NCBI GenBank assembly: GCA_964496475.1 | Contig: CAZBZS010000001.1 | Location: 36,512-100,511, forward strand | Length of the DNA stretch: 64,000 bases | Direction: 5' to 3' | Origin: an uncultured Chloroflexota bacterium | GTDB taxonomy: Bacteria > Chloroflexota > UBA11872 > VXNJ01 | Part shown: positions 30,519-39,610 of the stretch, piece after piece | Position numbering within the stretch: position 1 is the first letter of the stretch | Layout: every line of letters starts with the position of its first letter | The notes under the pieces: generated by a model | Told to the model about the DNA's origin: nothing | The model's input: only the letters and a program-made list of their open reading frames with translations | The model's database searches: none | Position numbers and translations under genes: made by a program

Positions 30519-30812
30519 CGGGGACGCATTACCGGGGAGTTGGAGCGGCCGGGAGCCTCGCCGGATGGTGCCCGAAACACAAAAAGGGACGCTCCACCGA
30601 CGCCGGTCGCCACCAATTTGTCCCCGGGTTTACCAGGTGGGTGCCCGCGGCCGACACGAACGGCTTTCGCCGATCCCGCCACCAGCCAAGCTCCCCTATT
30701 TGAAGTGTTGGAACAAAATATTCAGGCGATTATCGAACGCGGTCGAGCGTCCTCAGCCAATTATCGCCCATGCGGCAGCGGCTGTGAAGTAACTCCCGCA
30801 ACGCCAGGACGG

Positions 30813-32612
30813 TCATTCCAATCCAGAATCCTGCCTGACAACTGGTCCGGCAACCAGCTCAAGTCCGAGTTCGGCGAGCTGCTCGGCCGTCACGGTGGAG
30901 GGGGCATCCTGGGCGAGATCACGGCCTTCCTGGGATTTGGGGAACGCCACCACTTCGCGGATGTTCTCGGTGTCACGAAGAAGCATTATCAGGCGGTCGA
31001 TGCCCGTGGCAATGCCGCCGTGAGGGGGGACGCCAAAGTCGAACGCGCGCAGCATGCCGCCAAAATTAGCCGCAATTGAGTCTTCGTCGTAGCCGAGGAG
31101 ACCGAAGACCTTGCGCTGAAGTTCGGCATCGTCGATCCGGATGCTGCCACCGCCCAGCTCGTGGCCGTTGCAGACCAGGTCGTATTGCCGGGACACGGCG
31201 GAGACCGGGTCCGTGTCCAGCAGATGCTCATCGCCGGGACGCACGCCGCAGAACGGGTTATGCGAGAACGTGAGGCGATCCTCACTCTCTACTTCCTCCA
31301 GCAGCGGAAAGTCGAGCACCCACGCAAAGGCCATCAAATCAGGATCGCACAGTCCCAGGCGATCCCCCATGTACTCGCGCAGGTTCCCGAGCGTCTGGTG
31401 GGCGACGGCGGCGGTGTCGGCTACCATGACCGCCAGATCGCCTTCCTCCAGGCCAAGAGCTTCAACCATCCGGGCGAAGCGTTCTTCGTCGAATACGTTG
31501 AGCAGCGGGCTGCGGAAGCCGTCGGGGTTGCGGGCAACGGAGATGAGACCCTTTGCGCCGAACCGGCGGGCGTACTCGACAAGCCCGTCCACTTGCTTCC
31601 GCGAATAATCAGCGCAACCAGGCAGGACGATGGCCTTCACCACCCCACCTGCGGCGACCGTGGCGTCGAAGGCACGGAAGCCGCCTCCATCAACGGCGGT
31701 GGTGACATCGATTAGGTGCATCTCGAAGCGCATATCCGGGCCGTCGGTGCCGTAGCGGTCCAGGCACTCGGCATAGGTGAGGCGGGGGAAGGGCTTGGCC
31801 AGCAACCGTTTTGGGGACAGCTCTTCGACAATGCGGATGTGCAGGCGCTCGACGAGATCCAGGATGTCGTCCTCGTCGATGAAGCTCATCTCCACGTCGA
31901 GCTGGGTGAACTCGGCGCTGCGGGACGCACGAAGATCTTCATCACGGAAGCAGCGGGCGATCTGAAAGTACTTGTCCAGCCCGGCGATCATCAGTATCTG
32001 CTTCATTTGCTGGGGCGATTGCGGAAGCGCGTAGAACATGCCCGGTTGCAACCGGCTGGGGACCAAGAAATCGCGCGCACCCTCGGGCGTGCTCTTGATC
32101 AGGACCGGAGTTTCGATGTCGAGGAATCCCTCGTCGTCGAAGAAGTTGCGCATGAGCTTGACGACCCGGTGACGCAGGATCAGGTTGTCGCGCTGGCCGG
32201 TGCGGCGCAGGTCCAGGTAGCGGTATTGGAGGCGAAGAGTCTCGTCGACCGGGGACTCTTCGTTGATATAGAAGGGCGGAGTCTCCGACTCGGAGAGCAC
32301 CTCGATTTCATCAGCGAGAACTTCGATGGCGCCGGTGGCGAGCTCTACGTTGGCGGTGCCCTCGGGGCGGATGCCTACCTCGCCGCGCACGGCGATCACA
32401 AACTCAGCCCGCAATCCCCCGGCGATGAGGTGGGCGTCCGGCGAGCGGTCGGGGTTGAATACGAACTGGGTCAGGCCATAGCGGTCGCGCAGGTCGACGA
32501 ATATTAGTCCGCCGTGGTCGCGACGGCGATGTACCCAACCGTTGAGGACGACGTGGCTTCCGGCATCCTCGGGTCGCAACTGGTCACAGGTGACCGTGCG
32601 TTTCATTCGCAT
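30813..32612 (-). CDS. aspS: Aspartate--tRNA ligase
   Basis: 599 aa. N-terminal OB fold (VVLNGWVHRRRDHGGLIFVDLRD), class II motifs, and the GAD insertion domain. Confidence 0.95.
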   Translation of the reverse strand: MRMKRTVTCDQLRPEDAGSHVVLNGWVHRRRDHGGLIFVDLRDRYGLTQFVFNPDRSPDAHLIAGGLRAEFVIAVRGEVGIRPEGTANVELATGAIEVLADEIEVLSESETPPFYINEESPVDETLRLQYRYLDLRRTGQRDNLILRHRVVKLMRNFFDDEGFLDIETPVLIKSTPEGARDFLVPSRLQPGMFYALPQSPQQMKQILMIAGLDKYFQIARCFRDEDLRASRSAEFTQLDVEMSFIDEDDILDLVERLHIRIVEELSPKRLLAKPFPRLTYAECLDRYGTDGPDMRFEMHLIDVTTAVDGGGFRAFDATVAAGGVVKAIVLPGCADYSRKQVDGLVEYARRFGAKGLISVARNPDGFRSPLLNVFDEERFARMVEALGLEEGDLAVMVADTAAVAHQTLGNLREYMGDRLGLCDPDLMAFAWVLDFPLLEEVESEDRLTFSHNPFCGVRPGDEHLLDTDPVSAVSRQYDLVCNGHELGGGSIRIDDAELQRKVFGLLGYDEDSIAANFGGMLRAFDFGVPPHGGIATGIDRLIMLLRDTENIREVVAFPKSQEGRDLAQDAPSTVTAEQLAELGLELVAGPVVRQDSGLE

Positions 32613-32683
32613 GTAAGCCGCCTCAAGTGCATCTACAAAAAAGGCCCGGAATCTCCCGGACGGTCGCAGCCGAGCGGCCCATC

Positions 32684-33310
32684 CTAGCCGTCATCGAGTT
32701 CGTCCGCGAGCGCGGCCAGGCAGAACTCGCGAAACGCACGAAAGCGACTGCCGGGCCGCATCTCGGGCTCGCACGCTTCCATCGCGGTCAGGGCTTCGTC
32801 GCCGGCGGTGAGCAAAAGACGGACTTTGAACAGGGCGTAGGCGTATTCCGGGTGTTTATCGCGGAGATAGGCGAAGATCGAGCCGGACGTGCGCTCGAAA
32901 CGGGCCGCGACCCCGGGATCGCGCACCAGGCGTTCGACCTCGCGCAGAGGGCGGGTCCAGCCTCGGCCGAGGCGATAATCAACCCGGTCCAGCAGCAGGC
33001 CGTATTCCCCGAGAATCGGGCGTATCCGTGAAGCCAATTCGTCGAAGGTCAGCGTCTTCACGTCGGTTTGCGGCCGGCCGATCTCCTCCGCCAGACCTTC
33101 CCAGTCCACCGCCACCCCCGGGTATAGCGCCTCGAATTCCAGCTTCAGCTGGCTGGTGACCAGCGGATTGGGTCCCATGTAGGCCAAGAAACGCATGCCC
33201 ACTTCATCGCCATCATCTGGCTCTTCCACCACCCACGCGACTCGGATGGTGCGCACAGAGCCATTTGGCAGCCTGCGTTCTTCCGTGCGCCAGCGCAGGT
33301 GTACCGACAC
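32684..33310 (-). CDS. Hypothetical protein (208 aa)
   Basis: Intact ORF with protein-like composition and no motif I can name confidently. Sits where rpmI-rplT would normally follow infC. Confidence 0.5.
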   Translation of the reverse strand: MSVHLRWRTEERRLPNGSVRTIRVAWVVEEPDDGDEVGMRFLAYMGPNPLVTSQLKLEFEALYPGVAVDWEGLAEEIGRPQTDVKTLTFDELASRIRPILGEYGLLLDRVDYRLGRGWTRPLREVERLVRDPGVAARFERTSGSIFAYLRDKHPEYAYALFKVRLLLTAGDEALTAMEACEPEMRPGSRFRAFREFCLAALADELDDG

Positions 33311-33378
33311 AGCTCAATACCTCCTGCCCGACTTTAGCGCCTCTCCAGCAGGCGTCCGCCGCGGGACCCGTAAATCTG

Positions 33379-33951
33379 TCAGGCCTGCTTGTCGCCCGTG
33401 GCGCCCGGTCCGGGGACGAGAATCACCGCGAACGAGAAGTTCCCCTCCTGCACGATCGGCCGCTCCACTACCGCCAGATCGGCCAGGCGCTCGACCACGG
33501 TGTTGAGGAGCTGCGCCGCCAGTTCCGGGTAAATTCGCTCGCGTCCTCGCATCCGCACCGTCGCCTTGACCTTGGCTCCCGACCTCAGAAACTTGGCCAT
33601 GCGGTTCACTTTGGTTTTGATGTCATGCTCTTCCGTGCGCGGACGGAAGCGCACTTCCTTCACGTCGCCGGCGCGCTGGTGCTTGCGGCCTTCACGCTCT
33701 TTCCGATTCTGCTCGTACTTGAACTTCCCGTAGTCCATGAGCTTGGCAACTGGCGGTCTCTGGTTTGGCGACACCTCCACCAAATCATATCCGCGCTGGC
33801 GGGCCAGACGCATCGCCTCCTCTGTGTCTATCACCCCCAGCGACGTGTTCGTTTCGTCAACCAGCAGAACCTGCCTGATGTGAATACGCTCGTTAATGCG
33901 GAGTTCCCGAGAATCCCTGCTTATTGCTCCACTCCCCGATAATCGCGACAT
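33379..33951 (-). CDS. infC: Translation initiation factor IF-3
   Basis: RINERIHIRQVLLVDETNTSLGVIDTEEAMRLARQRGYDLVEVSPNQRPPVAKLMDYGKFKYEQ is the canonical IF-3 N- and C-domain. The true start may be a non-canonical codon. Confidence 0.95.
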   Translation of the reverse strand: MSRLSGSGAISRDSRELRINERIHIRQVLLVDETNTSLGVIDTEEAMRLARQRGYDLVEVSPNQRPPVAKLMDYGKFKYEQNRKEREGRKHQRAGDVKEVRFRPRTEEHDIKTKVNRMAKFLRSGAKVKATVRMRGRERIYPELAAQLLNTVVERLADLAVVERPIVQEGNFSFAVILVPGPGATGDKQA

Positions 33952-34149
33952 CTTTTGTGCCCCTTTTAGGGCGCAGACCAGAGCGCATCGCTCGCGGTAT
34001 TCGCCAGCACATACCCCTAAAACCCGGCTTGCAATGCCCTTCTGCGTCCCACGATATCAGAAAATGTCAATGTTGCTTCCTCCACCTGTGAGTTGGTCCG
34101 GGTATACTCGCGACAACGGTGCCGGGGAGGCGCAGCTCGATAACGGGCG

Positions 34150-36603
34150 ATGGCCGCCGTCCGTCAACTATTTCAGTACCGTAGGGGCCCGCATTTGGAA
34201 GTCGCCCAGGCCAGCCTAGCGGACGGCCTTCCCCGATCCAGCAGCGCACGGGTTAGCATAGAATCGCGCCCTCCCGACCGCGATGACATCGGCAGTCTAT
34301 TTCTGCTCCTTGAGGGTGGAACCGAGCGTCTGTGCAGAGCCTTCGCCAACGTGGCCGTGCGGGCCTATTTCTCCCAGGAAACCGGGAGTCCGATCTCCGG
34401 ACTCATGCGCAGCATGAGAGTCGGATCGAGCGCCGTGGCCAGGGAAGCCAGCCCGGAAGAAGAGCATCTGGATATCGGGGCCACCGGGCTGGTCGTTCGC
34501 GGCGACGAGCTCTACATCGCCCAACTTCTCCCCTCCCAGGTCTACATTTTCCGCGATGACGAACTTAACGCCCTCCCGGAGAAGTCCGCCGTGTCGCCTT
34601 CCGAACCGGGGGGACTGCCGTTCAATAAGGACATAGAGCTTTTTCAGGCCACGCTGGAGCTGGGCGACACCATCGCGGTCACCTCCTCGGTAATCGCCCG
34701 CGCCGTTCGCCACCGGGAAATCCGGGGGCTAATCGCCCTCTACGACGCGATCACTTGCGTCAATCAGCTGGGGGCGCTGGCCGCGCAGCGCGGCGTGGTC
34801 GAAGGCGACATTCTCCTTCTCCGGTCGGTCGCCGCCGAGGAAACTGTCGGGGCAACCGAGCCAGCCCTGGAGCAGCCCTCCCTCGAGGCAACGCGACCGG
34901 CAACGCATTCGGAATATCCCGTCCCCGCTCCGCCGGCAACCCGTCCGGGCCGTGAGCCCGATTGGTCGTCCGCCACTCTGGAAACCACCATGACCGCCCA
35001 TGATCACTCTCGGAAGTCGGCCAGGCGGGCAATCCTCGACGTGGTCATCTCGATCCCGCTTCTGGTCATTTTCCTTCCTGCGATGGCCATCCGAGGATTG
35101 TTCCGGTTGCTCAGAGGCGATCCGACTCGACAAGATCCTAGGGCAGGCGGGAGATCATCACCCCCGCCCCAGACCGAGTACGAGCGGCGGCGCGCGGCGA
35201 TAGCCGCTGGGCCGGTGGATCTGGAAGATTTAAACCGCCAATTACTGAATCCATCGGGAGACGCAATTCCACGTTCGTGGCCCGACGCGCCGGTGAGCCG
35301 GAACGGGGGATTGTTCGGCGGAATTTGGCGAATTGCACGCGGCAACGACGATCCGCTAATGCGCGGTCACCGGCGCGGCGGCGGCCTCGGGGCCGGGTCG
35401 CTAATCCTGCTGTTCTCCATCGTTGTAGTCATAGCGATGTTCATCGTGCTCTTCATCCGGCGGGAGGAAGCGCCTGCCGATGCTTTGCCGGCTCAAACCA
35501 GCAGCGGTGAAACCCCGGAACTGGTAGCGCCAGAGGCCTCGGCCAACGCCGATGCCGATGCCGCCGACTCCTTCGCGCGGGCAAAATCGTTCTACGACGC
35601 GGCGTTGAAGGAAGGAGACGACTCCCAGGCCAAGGAGGCCCTTCAGGACGCGTCCAACGCCGCGAACCGGGCCGGAAGCCTGGGCTACACGATCAGCGAA
35701 GTGAATCGCCTGCTGGCGCAGATCGACGATGAACGCGATTTACGCAACAAGGTAACCCGGGTCGCCACCAGCGCCACCATCACCGAGTTCGGGGAATCCG
35801 GGGCCGGACATGCGCTTGAACAGATCGAGGTCTACCAGGACCGGCAGTACGTGATCGACGCCGTAAACGGGCAGGTCATGGAATTTACCGACCCCAAGCG
35901 CGGCCAGACGGTCCTGCGTATCGGTGAGCAGATCGGCCAGGTGGGTGTGGCCGACATAATCGCCGTGATCTCCCGAGATTTGAGCCTGTTGGTGATAGAC
36001 AGCGACTTCAACGTGTTCAGCATCGTGCCCGACCAGCGACCGCAGCAACTGCGCATCCTGGGCACCGATCAGTGGAGAGACCCCGTGGCCTTCGACAACT
36101 TCCAGAACAATTTCTACGTTCTGGACCGCATCGCCAACCGCATCCACAAATACATCCCCACGCCCGGCGGCTACGAAGTGGAGCCAAGCGACTTCTTCGA
36201 TCCGGCTGAAGAGGTCGACATCAGCACCGCGAGGGACATGGCGATCGACGGGGACATCTACATCCTGCTCGAAGACAACAGGATCCTGAAGTACCGCGCC
36301 GGCCAGCAGATGCGATTTCAGCTCGTTGGCCTGGACCGGCCGATCCAGCTGGCCTCCCGGATATTCACCAGCCAGGAGTCGGATTCTCTTTTCATCGTGG
36401 ACGAGGAAAACCGGCGCATCATCGAAGTGGACATCCGCGACGGGAACGAGGGGGTGTTCCTGCGGCAGTTCCTGTTCCGGGGAGCCGACGATTTTTTCGC
36501 CGACATCAGGGGCATCTGGGTCCGCCAGTCGGACGGCCGCCTGCTGGTGCTGGGAGCAAACTCACTGCGCCAGTTCGTCCTGCCGAAGCTCCCGGACCAG
36601 TAG
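34150..36603 (+). CDS. Large membrane protein: N-terminal degenerate PP2C-like domain, 2 TM helices, C-terminal NHL-like beta-propeller
   Basis: 817 aa. Residues ~40-260 align loosely with a PP2C fold (LFLLLEGG vs DGMGG, GATGLVVRGDELYIAQ vs GTTLxxxxxLxxAHVGDS, LELGDTIAVTSS vs GDxLLLCSDG) but most catalytic Asp residues are replaced. TM helices at about 300-325 and 405-430. The C-terminal 350 aa carry repeated hhhDxxNxRIxxY/h motifs (FYVLDRIANRIHKY, IYILLEDNRILKY, LFIVDEENRRIIEVD) typical of NHL/six-bladed propellers. Confidence 0.6.
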   Translation: MAAVRQLFQYRRGPHLEVAQASLADGLPRSSSARVSIESRPPDRDDIGSLFLLLEGGTERLCRAFANVAVRAYFSQETGSPISGLMRSMRVGSSAVAREASPEEEHLDIGATGLVVRGDELYIAQLLPSQVYIFRDDELNALPEKSAVSPSEPGGLPFNKDIELFQATLELGDTIAVTSSVIARAVRHREIRGLIALYDAITCVNQLGALAAQRGVVEGDILLLRSVAAEETVGATEPALEQPSLEATRPATHSEYPVPAPPATRPGREPDWSSATLETTMTAHDHSRKSARRAILDVVISIPLLVIFLPAMAIRGLFRLLRGDPTRQDPRAGGRSSPPPQTEYERRRAAIAAGPVDLEDLNRQLLNPSGDAIPRSWPDAPVSRNGGLFGGIWRIARGNDDPLMRGHRRGGGLGAGSLILLFSIVVVIAMFIVLFIRREEAPADALPAQTSSGETPELVAPEASANADADAADSFARAKSFYDAALKEGDDSQAKEALQDASNAANRAGSLGYTISEVNRLLAQIDDERDLRNKVTRVATSATITEFGESGAGHALEQIEVYQDRQYVIDAVNGQVMEFTDPKRGQTVLRIGEQIGQVGVADIIAVISRDLSLLVIDSDFNVFSIVPDQRPQQLRILGTDQWRDPVAFDNFQNNFYVLDRIANRIHKYIPTPGGYEVEPSDFFDPAEEVDISTARDMAIDGDIYILLEDNRILKYRAGQQMRFQLVGLDRPIQLASRIFTSQESDSLFIVDEENRRIIEVDIRDGNEGVFLRQFLFRGADDFFADIRGIWVRQSDGRLLVLGANSLRQFVLPKLPDQ

Positions 36604-36676
36604 AAGAGACCCGCTGAGCGGGCGCGGATGCTGAGCGGGCGACCACGCTGGCAAATACGACCTTTGCAGCAGGCGC

Positions 36677-36749
36677 GGAGCGGGTAGCGGGAATCGAACC
36701 CGCATTTCAACCTTGGGAAGGTCGCGTTCTGCCACTGAACCATACCCGC
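36677..36749 (-). tRNA. tRNA-Gly (anticodon CCC)
   Basis: Minus-strand GCGGGTATGGTTCAGTGGCAGAACGCGACCTTCCCAAGGTTGAAATGCGGGTTCGATTCCCGCTACCCGCTCC. Anticodon loop TTCCCAA, T-arm GCGGGTTCGATTCCCGC, 7-bp acceptor stem. Confidence 0.85.
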
Positions 36750-36879
36750 CAGCGAATCGACCCTACTGACGCTGCTGGCATAATGTCAATGAGTCAGCCC
36801 TCGGACGGCCGCGACTCGCTCCGCGGGAGTATTCATCCCGGGATGGGCCGGCGCCCCTCGTTCATCAAGGCAGGGATAG

Positions 36880-37827
36880 ATGACGGACAGTAAGTCGATC
36901 GCCGAATCGGTGATCGATAACGTCGAGCGCGTCATAGTTGGCAAGCGGGAGGCCGTCGAGAAGGTGTTGATCGCCATGGTCTCCCACGGCCATGTCCTCA
37001 TCGAAGATGTTCCCGGTGTCGGCAAAACCACCATGGCCAAGGCGTTCGCCCAGTCCATCGGCTGCGATTTCCGGCGTATTCAGTTCACCCCGGACCTGCT
37101 GCCCAGCGATATTGCCGGCGTCTCGATTTACAACCAGAAAACCGCCGAATTTGAATTCCGTCCCGGCCCGATCATGGCGCAAATAGTGCTGGCCGACGAG
37201 ATCAACCGCGCCACTCCGAAAAGCCAGTCCGCGTTGTTGGAGGCGATGGACGAGCACCAGGTCACGATCGATGGAATCACCCACAAGATGGCCGAACCGT
37301 TCCTGGTGCTGGCCACGCAAAATCCAATCGAGTACGAGGGCACCTTTCCCCTGCCCGAATCCCAGCTTGATCGGTTCTTCATGCGAATCACCCTCGGCTA
37401 CGCCGGGCGCGACCATGAACTCGAGATAATCGATTCCCAGCTCCTCGCCCACCCGATTGACAGCATCGAACAGGTCGTTGATGTCGTCGATCTCATCCAG
37501 CTGCAAGAGCAGGTCAAGAGTGTGTACGTGGACCAGCGGGTGCGCGAATACATTGTCGACGTCGTGCGCTCCACACGCGAGCACTCCGACATTTACCTGG
37601 GCGCCAGCACCCGCGCCAGCCTGGCCCTCTTCCGCGGATCACAGGCCAGCGCCAGTTTTCGCGGCCGCGACTATGTGGTCCCCGACGACGTTAAGGCTCT
37701 GGCCGGCGATGTCCTGGCCCACCGCCTGATCGTGAGTCCTGCCGCCCGAATCCGCAATCTGGACACACGGGACACTGTCGGCGAGATCCTGGACTCGATG
37801 CCAGTCCCGGGCGCCACCGCCGCATGA
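36880..37827 (+). CDS. MoxR-family AAA+ ATPase
   Basis: Walker [11 protein letters not shown], Walker [10 protein letters not shown], and the MoxR-typical C-terminal helical domain. 315 aa. Confidence 0.95.
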   Translation: MTDSKSIAESVIDNVERVIVGKREAVEKVLIAMVSHGHVLIEDVPGVGKTTMAKAFAQSIGCDFRRIQFTPDLLPSDIAGVSIYNQKTAEFEFRPGPIMAQIVLADEINRATPKSQSALLEAMDEHQVTIDGITHKMAEPFLVLATQNPIEYEGTFPLPESQLDRFFMRITLGYAGRDHELEIIDSQLLAHPIDSIEQVVDVVDLIQLQEQVKSVYVDQRVREYIVDVVRSTREHSDIYLGASTRASLALFRGSQASASFRGRDYVVPDDVKALAGDVLAHRLIVSPAARIRNLDTRDTVGEILDSMPVPGATAA

Positions 37828-38357
37828 CCGCTTCGGAGATGCCAGGCGTCTGCGTCGAGGCCATCCCCGGCTGGGGCTGGTGCGGCGTCGCCGCCGGCGC
37901 CGACGGGCTCCTAGCCGCCAGCGGCGGCGTGGGCACGGAAACCGAATGCCGCCGCAAGCTCCGGGGAGCCGTCCCGCGCGACTGGATTCCGGACGATGCC
38001 ATTGCGGCCAGCGGACTGTTATTTCTCGAGGCCGCGCTCGGCGGCAAGAGTGCCGAAACCCCTGAACTCGATCTGAGAGGCACGACGTTCGAAATTGACA
38101 TCTGGCGTGCTCTCGGACGCGTGCCGCGGGGAGCCACCACGACCTATGGCGATATCGCCGCCGGCCTCGGCCTCTCAGCCGGGCACGCCCGCGCAGTCGG
38201 TCGCGCCGTGGGAGCGAATCCACTCCGGGTCATCGTCCCCTGCCACCGGGTCATCGGGCAGGACGGCTCGCTCACAGGCTACGCCGGCGGGCTGGATCTG
38301 AAGCGGAAGCTGTTGAATTCCGAGGCGTCAGCGCTAATCGGGGCAAGCCCGCGGTAA
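37824..38357 (+). CDS. ogt: Methylated-DNA--protein-cysteine methyltransferase
   Basis: Active-site [10 protein letters not shown] and an HTH ([23 protein letters not shown]). ATGA overlap with the moxR stop. Confidence 0.9.
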   Translation: MTASEMPGVCVEAIPGWGWCGVAAGADGLLAASGGVGTETECRRKLRGAVPRDWIPDDAIAASGLLFLEAALGGKSAETPELDLRGTTFEIDIWRALGRVPRGATTTYGDIAAGLGLSAGHARAVGRAVGANPLRVIVPCHRVIGQDGSLTGYAGGLDLKRKLLNSEASALIGASPR

Positions 38358-38407
38358 TTCAGCCAGAGGCCGGGCGAAGACGACCGACAGGGAACCCGGC
38401 GGGGCCG

Positions 38408-38743
38408 CTACTCGGCCCCGTTCCCACCGGCCCGACGCTGCGAGCGGTGCTCGTCGATATGTTCGTCCGAATAGAAGCCGGTTTCTTCACCTCGAAATAC
38501 CGTTACATAAAATTCTTCCCGGCTGGTCTCCGCCGAAATCACCAGCTGCTCGTCAATTTCGCAGACCAGATCAAGCACATCGCTTTCAGCGAAATCTTCA
38601 ACCATCATCAACGTTGCGTATGACGACTCGGCTCCATAATGAAGGTCCAGCCTTCCGATCGGCTTTCCATCCAGTCGCACCAGGAAGCCCTCGGAACTTG
38701 AAGTTCGATACTGTCGCAGGAAATTCACATTGGCCGTATTCAA
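38408..38743 (-). CDS. Hypothetical acidic protein (111 aa)
   Basis: Intact ORF with lower GC than its neighbours and no recognisable motif. Lies at the distal end of the nadB-nadC operon. Confidence 0.45.
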   Translation of the reverse strand: MNTANVNFLRQYRTSSSEGFLVRLDGKPIGRLDLHYGAESSYATLMMVEDFAESDVLDLVCEIDEQLVISAETSREEFYVTVFRGEETGFYSDEHIDEHRSQRRAGGNGAE

Positions 38744-38752
38744 GGTCGCTCC

Positions 38753-39610
38753 TCAGTCAAAATCCAGGCCGATATCGAGCGCTCTCACCGAATGGGTCAG
38801 CGACCCGATCGAAATAAAGTCGATTCCGGTTCTGGCGATCTCAGCAACATTATCCAGGGTCACGCCGCCCGAGGCCTCCAATTTCGCCCGACCCCCACAA
38901 CGCGCTACCGCCTCGCGGAGTTCCGCCCGCGACATGTTATCCAGCAGCGACCACTCCACTCCCATCGCCAGGCATTCGTCCAACTGTTCCAGCGTGTCGC
39001 ACTCCACCTGAATGCGGACCCCACCGGCCGGGACCGCGCTGCGGGCCCGTTCCACCGCCGCCCTCAACGATCCCGCCGCGCGGATGTGGTTGTCCTTGAT
39101 GAGCACCGCGTCAAAGAGACCGAAGCGATGGTTGACGCCGCCACCCAGCCTTACGGCGTATTTGTCCAGCGCCCGCAGGCCGGGGACCGTTTTGCGCGTG
39201 TCGAGAATTCGGGCTGATGTCCCCTCGACCGCCTTCACGAACTCCGCCGTGGCGGTCGCGATACCCGACATCCTCTGGAGGAAATTGAGGGCCACACGCT
39301 CCGCGGTCAGGATGGACGCGGCCCGACCACGCACGCCAGCCATCACGTCTCCTGGACTCACCACCCCACCGTCGGAAATCTTCAATTCCACTTCCACATT
39401 GCCGCCGTCAAACCGAAGTGCTGCCGCGAAAACCTTCAGGCCGGCCACCGTTCCGTGTTCCCTCGCCACCACCCTGGCCGAGATTCTTGTCGCGTCATCG
39501 ATGCAGGCAGACGTGGTCAGATCGCCGTCACCCACATCCTCGGCGAAGGCCATCGCCAGCACCCGGTCGATCATCTCCGCATCCAGTTCGTCGACACTCT
39601 GGCCCATCAT
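38753..39610 (-). CDS. nadC: Nicotinate-nucleotide pyrophosphorylase (carboxylating) / quinolinate phosphoribosyltransferase
   Basis: LDTRKTVPGLR and IKDNHI motifs, TIM-barrel C-domain. 285 aa. Confidence 0.95.
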   Translation of the reverse strand: MMGQSVDELDAEMIDRVLAMAFAEDVGDGDLTTSACIDDATRISARVVAREHGTVAGLKVFAAALRFDGGNVEVELKISDGGVVSPGDVMAGVRGRAASILTAERVALNFLQRMSGIATATAEFVKAVEGTSARILDTRKTVPGLRALDKYAVRLGGGVNHRFGLFDAVLIKDNHIRAAGSLRAAVERARSAVPAGGVRIQVECDTLEQLDECLAMGVEWSLLDNMSRAELREAVARCGGRAKLEASGGVTLDNVAEIARTGIDFISIGSLTHSVRALDIGLDFD

